Part shown: positions 10,301 to 21,822 of the stretch, piece after piece
Numbering within the stretch: position 1 is the first letter of the stretch
How the letters are laid out: every line of letters starts with the position of its first letter
Assembly (NCBI GenBank): GCA_964016885.1
Contig: OZ024740.1
Span: 251,100,001-251,164,000, forward strand
Direction: 5' to 3'
Length of the DNA stretch: 64,000 bases
Source: Eledone cirrhosa
Lineage: Eukaryota
Notes under the pieces: generated by a model
Database searches by the model: none
What the model was told of the DNA's origin: nothing
Seen by the model: only the letters and a program-made list of their open reading frames with translations
Program-made: the position numbers and the translations under genes

Positions 10301-12740
10301 TTCGAAAAATAGAATATTTTAGGTTTTTGATCAAAAAAATCAATTTTTGAAATATTTCGAAAAGTAGAAAAAAATTGATTATTTTAGGTTTTTCGAAAAA
10401 TAGAATATTTTAGGTTTTTGATCAAAAAAATCAATTTTTGAAATATTTCGAAAAGTAGAAAAAAATTGATTATTTTAGGTTTTTCGAAAAATAGAATATT
10501 TTAGGTTTTTGATCAAAAAAATCAATTTTTTAAATATTTCGAAAAGTAGAAAAAAATTGATTATTTTAGGTTTTTCGAAAAATTGAATGTTTTAGGTTTT
10601 TGATCAAAAAAATCAATTTTTTAAATATTTCGAAAAGTAGAAAAAAATTGATTATTTTAGGTTTTTCGAAAAATTGAATATTTTAGGTTTTTGATCAAAA
10701 AAATCAATTTTTTAAAAATTTCGAAAAGTAGAAAAAAATTGATTATTTTAGGTTTTTTGAAAGATTTCGAAAAGTAGAAAAAAATTGATTATTTTAGGTT
10801 TTTCGAAAAATAGAATATTTTAGGTTTTTGATCAAAAAAATCAATTTTTGAAATATTTCGAAAAGTAGAAAAAAATTGATTATTTTAGGTTTTTCGAAAA
10901 ATAGAATATTTTAGGTTTTTGATCAAAAAAATCAATTTTTGAAATATTTCGAAAAGTAGAAAAAAATTGATTATTTTAGGTTTTTCGAAAAATAGAATAT
11001 TTTAGGTTTTTGATCAAAAAAATCAATTTTTTAAATATTTCGAAAAGTAGAAAAAAATTGATTATTTTAGGTTTTTCGAAAAATTGAATGTTTTAGGTTT
11101 TTGATCAAAAAAATCAATTTTTTAAATATTTCGAAAAGTAGAAAAAAATTGATTATTTTAGGTTTTTCGAAAAATTGAATATTTTAGGTTTTTGATCAAA
11201 AAAATCAATTTTTTAAAAATTTCGAAAAGTAGAAAAAAATTGATTATTTTAGGTTTTTTGAAAGATTTCGAAAAGTAGAAAAAAATTGATTATTTTAGGT
11301 TTTTCGAAAAATAGAATATTTTAGGTTTTTGATCAAAAAAATCAATTTTTGAAATATTTCGAAAAGTAGAAAAAAATTGATTATTTTAGGTTTTTCGAAA
11401 AATAGAATATTTTAGGTTTTTGATCAAAAAAATCAATTTTTTAAATATTTCGAAAAGTAGAAAAAATTTGATTATTTTAGGTTTTTCGAAAAATAGAATA
11501 TTTTAGGTTTTTGATCAAAAAAATCAATTTTTTAAATATTTCGAAAAGTAGAAAAAAATTGATTATTTTAGGTTTTTCGAAAAATAGAATATTTTAGGTT
11601 TTTGATCAAAAAAATCAATTTTTTAAAGATTTCGAAAAGTAGAAAAAAATTGATTATTTTAGGTTTTTCGAAAAATTTCGAAAAGTAGAAAAAAATTGAT
11701 TATTTTAGGTTTTTCGAAAAATAGAATATTTTAGGTTTTTGATCAAAAAAATCAATTTTTGAAATATTTCGAAAAGTAGAAAAAAATTGATTATTTTAGG
11801 TTTTTCGAAATATTTCGAAAAGTAGAAAAAAATTGATTATTTTAGGTTTTTCGAAAAATAGAATATTTTAGGTTTTTGATCAAAAAAATCAATTTTTGAA
11901 ATATTTCGAAAAGTAGAAAAAAATTGATTATTTTAGGTTTTTCGAAAAATTTCGAAAAATAGAAAAAAATTGATTATTTTAGGTTTTTCGAAAAATAGAA
12001 TATTTTAGGTTTTTGATCAAAAAAATCAATTTTTGAAATATTTCGAAAAGTAGAAAAAAATTGATTATTTTAGGTTTTTCGAAAAATAGAATATTTTAGG
12101 TTTTTGATCAAAAAAATCAATTTTTGAAATATTTCGAGAAAAAAATTGATTATTTTAGGTTTTTCGAAAAATTTCGAAAAGTAGAAAAAAATTGATTATT
12201 TTAGGTTTTTCGAAAAATAGAATATTTTAGGTTTTTGATCAAAAAAATCAATTTTTGAAATATTTAGAAAAGTAGAAAAAAATTGATTATTTTAGGTTTT
12301 TCGAAAAATTTCGAAAAGTAGAAAAAGATTGATTATTTTAGGTTTTTCGAAAAATAGAATATTTTAGGTTTTTGATCAAAAAAATCAATTTTTTAAATAT
12401 TTCGAAAAGTAGAAAAAAATTGATTATTTTAGGTTTTTCGAAAAATTTCGAAAAGTAGAAAAAGATTGATTATTTTAGGTTTTTCGAAAGATTTCGAAAA
12501 GTAGAAAAAAATTGATTATTTTAGGTTTTTCGAAAAATAGAATATTTTAGGTTTTTGATCAAAAAAATCAATTTTTTAAATATTTCGAAAAGTAGAAAAA
12601 AATTGATTATTTTAGGTTTTTCGAAAAATAAAATATTTTAGGTTTTTGATCAAAAAAATCAATTTTTTAAATATTTCGAAAAGTAGAAAAAAATTGATTA
12701 TTTTAGGTTTTTCGAAAAATAGAATATTTTAGGTTTTTGA
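1358..12740 (+). repeat. Satellite, forward block 1
   Basis: Continuous ttaggttttt-orientation monomers up to the tga|tca pivot at 12740/12741. Confidence 0.97.
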
Positions 12741-14190
12741 TCAAAAACCTAAAATATTCTATTTTTTGAAAAACCTAAAATAATCAATTTTTTTCTACTT
12801 TTCGAAATATTTCAAAAATTGATTTTTTTGATCAAAAACCTAAAATATTTTATTTTTCGAAAAACCTAAAATAATCAATTTTTTTCTACTTTTCGAAATA
12901 TTTCGAAAAACCTAAAATAATCAATTTTTTTCTACTTTTCGAAATATTTAAAAAATTGATTTTTTTGATCAAAAACCTAAAATATTCTATTTTTCAAAAA
13001 ACCTAAAATAATCAATTTTTTTCTACTTTTCGAAATATTTAAAAAATTGATTTTTTTGATCAAAAACCTAAAATATTCTATTTTTCAAAAAACCTAAAAT
13101 AATCAATTTTTTTCTACTTTTCGAAATATTTCGAAAAACCTAAAATAATCAATTTTTTTCTACTTTTCGAAATATTTAAAAAATTGATTTTTTTGATCAA
13201 AAACCTAGTATATTTATACTATTTTTAGAAAAACCTAAAATAATCAATTTTTTTCTACTTTTCGAAATATTTCAAAAATTGATTTTTTTGATCAAAAACC
13301 TAAAATATTCTATTTTTCGAAAAACCTAAAATAATCAATTTTTTTCTACTTTTAGAAATATTTCAAAAATTGATTTTTTTGATCAAAAACCTAAAATATT
13401 CTATTTATCAAAAAACCTAAAATAATCAATTTTTTTCTACTTTTCGAAATATTTCGAAAAACCTAAAATAATCAATTTTTTTCTACTTTTCGAAATCTTT
13501 AAAAAATTGATTTTTTTGATCAAAAACCTAAAATATTCTATTTTTCGAAAAACCTAAAATAATCAATTTTTTTCTACTTTTCGAAATATTTAAAAAATTG
13601 ATTTTTTTGATCAAAAACCTAAAATATTCTATTTTTCGAAAAACCTAAAATAATCAATTTTTTTCTACTTTTCGAAATATTTCGAAAAACCTAAAATAAT
13701 CAATTTTTTTCTACTTTTCGAAATATTTAAAAAATTGATTTTTTTGATCAAAAACCTAAAATATACTATTTTTAGAAAAACCTAAAATAATCAATTTTTT
13801 TCTACTTTTCGAAATATTTCAAAAATTGATTTTTTTGATCAAAAACCTAAAATATTCTATTTTTTGAAAAACCTAAAATAATCAATTTTTTTCTACTTTT
13901 AGAAATATTTAAAAAATTGATTTTTTTGATCAAAAACCTAAAATATTTTATTTTTCGAAAAACCTAAAATAATCAATTTTTTTCTACTTTTCGAAATATT
14001 TCGAAAAACCTAAAATAATCAATTTTTTTCTACTTTTCGAAATATTTAAAAAATTGATTTTTTTGATCAAAAACCTAAAATATTCTATTTTTCGAAAAAC
14101 CTAAAATAATGTTTTTTTCTACTTTTCGAAATATTTCGAAAAACCTAAAATAATCAATTTTTTTCTACTTTTCGAAATATTTAAAAAAAT
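12741..14190 (-). repeat. Inverted satellite cassette, copy 1 (~1.45 kb)
   Basis: aaaaacctaa-orientation monomers. Markers cctagtatatttatact at 13204 and aataatgttttttt at ~14111. Returns to forward within aaaaaaattgatt at 14183-14195. Confidence 0.97.
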
Positions 14191-14899
14191 TGATTATTTT
14201 AGGTTTTTCGAAAAATAGAATATTTTAGGTTTTTGATCAAAAAAATCAATTTTTGAAATATTTCGAAAAGTAGAAAAAAATTGATTATTTTAGGTTTTTC
14301 GAAAAATAGAATATTTTAGGTTTTTGATCAAAAAAATCAATTTTTTAAATATTTCGAAAAGTAGAAAAAAATTGATTATTTTAGGTTTTTCGAAAAATAG
14401 AATATTTTAGGTTTTTGATCAAAAAAATCAATTTTTGAAATATTTCGAAAAGTAGAAAAAAATTGATTATTTTAGGTTTTTCGAAAAATAGAATATTTTA
14501 GGTTTTTGATCAAAAAAATCAATTTTTGAAATATTTCGAAAAGTAGAAAAAAATTGATTATTTTAGGTTTTTCGAAAAATTTCGAAAAGTAGAAAAAAAT
14601 TGATTATTTTAGGTTTTTCGAAAAATAGAATATTTTAGGTTTTTGATCAAAAAAATCAATTTTTTAAATATTTCGAAAAGTAGAAAAAAATTGATTATTT
14701 TAGGTTTTTCAAAAAATTTCGAAAAGTAGAAAAAAATTGATTATTTTAGGTTTTTCGAAAAATAGAATATTTTAGGTTTTTGATCAAAAAAATCAATTTT
14801 TTAAATATTTCGAAAAGTAGAAAAAATTTGATTATTTTAGGTTTTTCGAAAAATAGAATATTTTAGGTTTTTGATCAAAAAAATCAATTTTTGAAATAT

Positions 14900-17800
14900 T
14901 TCGAAAAGTAGAAAAAAATTGATTATTTTAGGTTTTTCGAAAAATAGAATATTTTAGGTTTTTGATCAAAAAAATCAATTTTTTAAATATTTCGAAAAGT
15001 AGAAAAAATTTGATTATTTTAGGTTTTTCGAAAAATAGAATATTTTAGGTTTTTGATCAAAAAAATCAATTTTTTAAATATTTCGAAAAGTAGAAAAAAA
15101 TTGATTATTTTAGGTTTTTCGAAAAATAGAATATTTTAGGTTTTTGATCAAAAAAATCAATTTTTTAAAGATTTCGAAAAGTAGAAAAAAATTGATTATT
15201 TTAGGTTTTTCGAAAAATTTCGAAAAGTAGAAAAAAATTGATTATTTTAGGTTTTTCGAAAAATAGAATATTTTAGGTTTTTGATCAAAAAAATCAATTT
15301 TTGAAATATTTCGAAAAGTAGAAAAAAATTGATTATTTTAGGTTTTTCGAAATATTTCGAAAAGTAGAAAAAAATTGATTATTTTAGGTTTTTCGAAAAA
15401 TAGAATATTTTAGGTTTTTGATCAAAAAAATCAATTTTTGAAATATTTCGAAAAGTAGAAAAAAATTGATTATTTTAGGTTTTTCGAAAAATTTCGAAAA
15501 ATAGAAAAAAATTGATTATTTTAGGTTTTTCGAAAAATAGAATATTTTAGGTTTTTGATCAAAAAAATCAATTTTTGAAATATTTCGAAAAGTAGAAAAA
15601 AATTGATTATTTTAGGTTTTTCGAAAAATAGAATATTTTAGGTTTTTGATCAAAAAAATCAATTTTTGAAATATTTCGAGAAAAAAATTGATTATTTTAG
15701 GTTTTTCGAAAAATTTCGAAAAGTAGAAAAAAATTGATTATTTTAGGTTTTTCGAAAAATAGAATATTTTAGGTTTTTGATCAAAAAAATCAATTTTTGA
15801 AATATTTCGAAAAGTAGAAAAAAATTGATTATTTTAGGTTTTTCGAAAAATTTCGAAAAGTAGAAAAAAATTGATTATTTTAGGTTTTTCGAAAAATAGA
15901 ATATTTTAGGTTTTTGATCAAAAAAATCAATTTTTGAAATATTTCGAAAAGTAGAAAAAAATTGATTATTTTAGGTTTTTCGAAAAATAGAATATTTTAG
16001 GTTTTTGATCAAAAAAATCAATTTTTGAAATATTTCGAAAAGTAGAAAAAAATTGATTATTTTAGGTTTTTCGAAAAATAGAATATTTTAGGTTTTTGAT
16101 CAAAAAAATCAATTTTTTAAATATTTCGAAAAGTAGAAAAAAATTGATTATTTTAGGTTTTTCGAAAAATTGAATGTTTTAGGTTTTTGATCAAAAAAAT
16201 CAATTTTTTAAATATTTCGAAAAGTAGAAAAAAATTGATTATTTTAGGTTTTTCGAAAAATTGAATATTTTAGGTTTTTGATCAAAAAAATCAATTTTTT
16301 AAAAATTTCGAAAAGTAGAAAAAAATTGATTATTTTAGGTTTTTTGAAAGATTTCGAAAAGTAGAAAAAAATTGATTATTTTAGGTTTTTCGAAAAATAG
16401 AATATTTTAGGTTTTTGATCAAAAAAATCAATTTTTGAAATATTTCGAAAAGTAGAAAAAAATTGATTATTTTAGGTTTTTCGAAAAATAGAATATTTTA
16501 GGTTTTTGATCAAAAAAATCAATTTTTGAAATATTTCGAAAAGTAGAAAAAAATTGATTATTTTAGGTTTTTCGAAAAATAGAATATTTTAGGTTTTTGA
16601 TCAAAAAAATCAATTTTTTAAATATTTCGAAAAGTAGAAAAAAATTGATTATTTTAGGTTTTTCGAAAAATTGAATGTTTTAGGTTTTTGATCAAAAAAA
16701 TCAATTTTTTAAATATTTCGAAAAGTAGAAAAAAATTGATTATTTTAGGTTTTTCGAAAAATTGAATATTTTAGGTTTTTGATCAAAAAAATCAATTTTT
16801 TAAAAATTTCGAAAAGTAGAAAAAAATTGATTATTTTAGGTTTTTTGAAAGATTTCGAAAAGTAGAAAAAAATTGATTATTTTAGGTTTTTCGAAAAATA
16901 GAATATTTTAGGTTTTTGATCAAAAAAATCAATTTTTGAAATATTTCGAAAAGTAGAAAAAAATTGATTATTTTAGGTTTTTCGAAAAATAGAATATTTT
17001 AGGTTTTTGATCAAAAAAATCAATTTTTTAAATATTTCGAAAAGTAGAAAAAATTTGATTATTTTAGGTTTTTCGAAAAATAGAATATTTTAGGTTTTTG
17101 ATCAAAAAAATCAATTTTTTAAATATTTCGAAAAGTAGAAAAAAATTGATTATTTTAGGTTTTTCGAAAAATAGAATATTTTAGGTTTTTGATCAAAAAA
17201 ATCAATTTTTTAAAGATTTCGAAAAGTAGAAAAAAATTGATTATTTTAGGTTTTTCGAAAAATTTCGAAAAGTAGAAAAAAATTGATTATTTTAGGTTTT
17301 TCGAAAAATAGAATATTTTAGGTTTTTGATCAAAAAAATCAATTTTTGAAATATTTCGAAAAGTAGAAAAAAATTGATTATTTTAGGTTTTTCGAAATAT
17401 TTCGAAAAGTAGAAAAAAATTGATTATTTTAGGTTTTTCGAAAAATAGAATATTTTAGGTTTTTGATCAAAAAAATCAATTTTTGAAATATTTCGAAAAG
17501 TAGAAAAAAATTGATTATTTTAGGTTTTTCGAAAAATTTCGAAAAATAGAAAAAAATTGATTATTTTAGGTTTTTCGAAAAATAGAATATTTTAGGTTTT
17601 TGATCAAAAAAATCAATTTTTGAAATATTTCGAAAAGTAGAAAAAAATTGATTATTTTAGGTTTTTCGAAAAATAGAATATTTTAGGTTTTTGATCAAAA
17701 AAATCAATTTTTGAAATATTTCGAGAAAAAAATTGATTATTTTAGGTTTTTCGAAAAATTTCGAAAAGTAGAAAAAAATTGATTATTTTAGGTTTTTCGA

Positions 17801-19880
17801 AAAATAGAATATTTTAGGTTTTTGATCAAAAAAATCAATTTTTGAAATATTTCGAAAAGTAGAAAAAAATTGATTATTTTAGGTTTTTCGAAAAATTTCG
17901 AAAAGTAGAAAAAAATTGATTATTTTAGGTTTTTCGAAAAATAGAATATTTTAGGTTTTTGATCAAAAAAATCAATTTTTGAAATATTTCGAAAAGTAGA
18001 AAAAAATTGATTATTTTAGGTTTTTCGAAAAATAGAATATTTTAGGTTTTTGATCAAAAAAATCAATTTTTGAAATATTTCGAAAAGTAGAAAAAAATTG
18101 ATTATTTTAGGTTTTTCGAAAAATAGAATATTTTAGGTTTTTGATCAAAAAAATCAATTTTTTAAATATTTCGAAAAGTAGAAAAAAATTGATTATTTTA
18201 GGTTTTTCGAAAAATTGAATGTTTTAGGTTTTTGATCAAAAAAATCAATTTTTTAAATATTTCGAAAAGTAGAAAAAAATTGATTATTTTAGGTTTTTCG
18301 AAAAATTGAATATTTTAGGTTTTTGATCAAAAAAATCAATTTTTTAAAAATTTCGAAAAGTAGAAAAAAATTGATTATTTTAGGTTTTTTGAAAGATTTC
18401 GAAAAGTAGAAAAAAATTGATTATTTTAGGTTTTTCGAAAAATAGAATATTTTAGGTTTTTGATCAAAAAAATCAATTTTTGAAATATTTCGAAAAGTAG
18501 AAAAAAATTGATTATTTTAGGTTTTTCGAAAAATAGAATATTTTAGGTTTTTGATCAAAAAAATCAATTTTTGAAATATTTCGAAAAGTAGAAAAAAATT
18601 GATTATTTTAGGTTTTTCGAAAAATAGAATATTTTAGGTTTTTGATCAAAAAAATCAATTTTTTAAATATTTCGAAAAGTAGAAAAAAATTGATTATTTT
18701 AGGTTTTTCGAAAAATTGAATGTTTTAGGTTTTTGATCAAAAAAATCAATTTTTTAAATATTTCGAAAAGTAGAAAAAAATTGATTATTTTAGGTTTTTC
18801 GAAAAATTGAATATTTTAGGTTTTTGATCAAAAAAATCAATTTTTTAAAAATTTCGAAAAGTAGAAAAAAATTGATTATTTTAGGTTTTTTGAAAGATTT
18901 CGAAAAGTAGAAAAAAATTGATTATTTTAGGTTTTTCGAAAAATAGAATATTTTAGGTTTTTGATCAAAAAAATCAATTTTTGAAATATTTCGAAAAGTA
19001 GAAAAAAATTGATTATTTTAGGTTTTTCGAAAAATAGAATATTTTAGGTTTTTGATCAAAAAAATCAATTTTTTAAATATTTCGAAAAGTAGAAAAAATT
19101 TGATTATTTTAGGTTTTTCGAAAAATAGAATATTTTAGGTTTTTGATCAAAAAAATCAATTTTTTAAATATTTCGAAAAGTAGAAAAAAATTGATTATTT
19201 TAGGTTTTTCGAAAAATAGAATATTTTAGGTTTTTGATCAAAAAAATCAATTTTTTAAAGATTTCGAAAAGTAGAAAAAAATTGATTATTTTAGGTTTTT
19301 CGAAAAATTTCGAAAAGTAGAAAAAAATTGATTATTTTAGGTTTTTCGAAAAATAGAATATTTTAGGTTTTTGATCAAAAAAATCAATTTTTGAAATATT
19401 TCGAAAAGTAGAAAAAAATTGATTATTTTAGGTTTTTCGAAATATTTCGAAAAGTAGAAAAAAATTGATTATTTTAGGTTTTTCGAAAAATAGAATATTT
19501 TAGGTTTTTGATCAAAAAAATCAATTTTTGAAATATTTCGAAAAGTAGAAAAAAATTGATTATTTTAGGTTTTTCGAAAAATTTCGAAAAATAGAAAAAA
19601 ATTGATTATTTTAGGTTTTTCGAAAAATAGAATATTTTAGGTTTTTGATCAAAAAAATCAATTTTTGAAATATTTCGAAAAGTAGAAAAAAATTGATTAT
19701 TTTAGGTTTTTCGAAAAATAGAATATTTTAGGTTTTTGATCAAAAAAATCAATTTTTGAAATATTTCGAGAAAAAAATTGATTATTTTAGGTTTTTCGAA
19801 AAATTTCGAAAAGTAGAAAAAAATTGATTATTTTAGGTTTTTCGAAAAATAGAATATTTTAGGTTTTTGATCAAAAAAAT
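14900..19880 (+). repeat. 2,045-bp higher-order repeat containing a 501-bp sub-repeat
   Basis: The 6-bp-deletion marker ttcgagaaaa occurs at 15677, 17722, 19767 (spacing 2045) and at 28278, 30323. Marker ttgaatgtttt is spaced 501 bp (10589, 11090) = 5x91+46. Limits are approximate. Confidence 0.85.
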
Positions 19881-20372
19881 CAATTTTTGAAATATTTAGA
19901 AAAGTAGAAAAAAATTGATTATTTTAGGTTTTTCGAAAAATTTCGAAAAGTAGAAAAAGATTGATTATTTTAGGTTTTTCGAAAAATAGAATATTTTAGG
20001 TTTTTGATCAAAAAAATCAATTTTTTAAATATTTCGAAAAGTAGAAAAAAATTGATTATTTTAGGTTTTTCGAAAAATTTCGAAAAGTAGAAAAAGATTG
20101 ATTATTTTAGGTTTTTCGAAAGATTTCGAAAAGTAGAAAAAAATTGATTATTTTAGGTTTTTCGAAAAATAGAATATTTTAGGTTTTTGATCAAAAAAAT
20201 CAATTTTTTAAATATTTCGAAAAGTAGAAAAAAATTGATTATTTTAGGTTTTTCGAAAAATAAAATATTTTAGGTTTTTGATCAAAAAAATCAATTTTTT
20301 AAATATTTCGAAAAGTAGAAAAAAATTGATTATTTTAGGTTTTTCGAAAAATAGAATATTTTAGGTTTTTGA

Positions 20373-21822
20373 TCAAAAACCTAAAATATTCTATTTTTTG
20401 AAAAACCTAAAATAATCAATTTTTTTCTACTTTTCGAAATATTTCAAAAATTGATTTTTTTGATCAAAAACCTAAAATATTTTATTTTTCGAAAAACCTA
20501 AAATAATCAATTTTTTTCTACTTTTCGAAATATTTCGAAAAACCTAAAATAATCAATTTTTTTCTACTTTTCGAAATATTTAAAAAATTGATTTTTTTGA
20601 TCAAAAACCTAAAATATTCTATTTTTCAAAAAACCTAAAATAATCAATTTTTTTCTACTTTTCGAAATATTTAAAAAATTGATTTTTTTGATCAAAAACC
20701 TAAAATATTCTATTTTTCAAAAAACCTAAAATAATCAATTTTTTTCTACTTTTCGAAATATTTCGAAAAACCTAAAATAATCAATTTTTTTCTACTTTTC
20801 GAAATATTTAAAAAATTGATTTTTTTGATCAAAAACCTAGTATATTTATACTATTTTTAGAAAAACCTAAAATAATCAATTTTTTTCTACTTTTCGAAAT
20901 ATTTCAAAAATTGATTTTTTTGATCAAAAACCTAAAATATTCTATTTTTCGAAAAACCTAAAATAATCAATTTTTTTCTACTTTTAGAAATATTTCAAAA
21001 ATTGATTTTTTTGATCAAAAACCTAAAATATTCTATTTATCAAAAAACCTAAAATAATCAATTTTTTTCTACTTTTCGAAATATTTCGAAAAACCTAAAA
21101 TAATCAATTTTTTTCTACTTTTCGAAATCTTTAAAAAATTGATTTTTTTGATCAAAAACCTAAAATATTCTATTTTTCGAAAAACCTAAAATAATCAATT
21201 TTTTTCTACTTTTCGAAATATTTAAAAAATTGATTTTTTTGATCAAAAACCTAAAATATTCTATTTTTCGAAAAACCTAAAATAATCAATTTTTTTCTAC
21301 TTTTCGAAATATTTCGAAAAACCTAAAATAATCAATTTTTTTCTACTTTTCGAAATATTTAAAAAATTGATTTTTTTGATCAAAAACCTAAAATATACTA
21401 TTTTTAGAAAAACCTAAAATAATCAATTTTTTTCTACTTTTCGAAATATTTCAAAAATTGATTTTTTTGATCAAAAACCTAAAATATTCTATTTTTTGAA
21501 AAACCTAAAATAATCAATTTTTTTCTACTTTTAGAAATATTTAAAAAATTGATTTTTTTGATCAAAAACCTAAAATATTTTATTTTTCGAAAAACCTAAA
21601 ATAATCAATTTTTTTCTACTTTTCGAAATATTTCGAAAAACCTAAAATAATCAATTTTTTTCTACTTTTCGAAATATTTAAAAAATTGATTTTTTTGATC
21701 AAAAACCTAAAATATTCTATTTTTCGAAAAACCTAAAATAATGTTTTTTTCTACTTTTCGAAATATTTCGAAAAACCTAAAATAATCAATTTTTTTCTAC
21801 TTTTCGAAATATTTAAAAAAAT
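20373..21822 (-). repeat. Inverted satellite cassette, copy 2
   Basis: Same junctions and markers as copy 1 at offset +7632 (cctagt at 20836). Confidence 0.97.
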
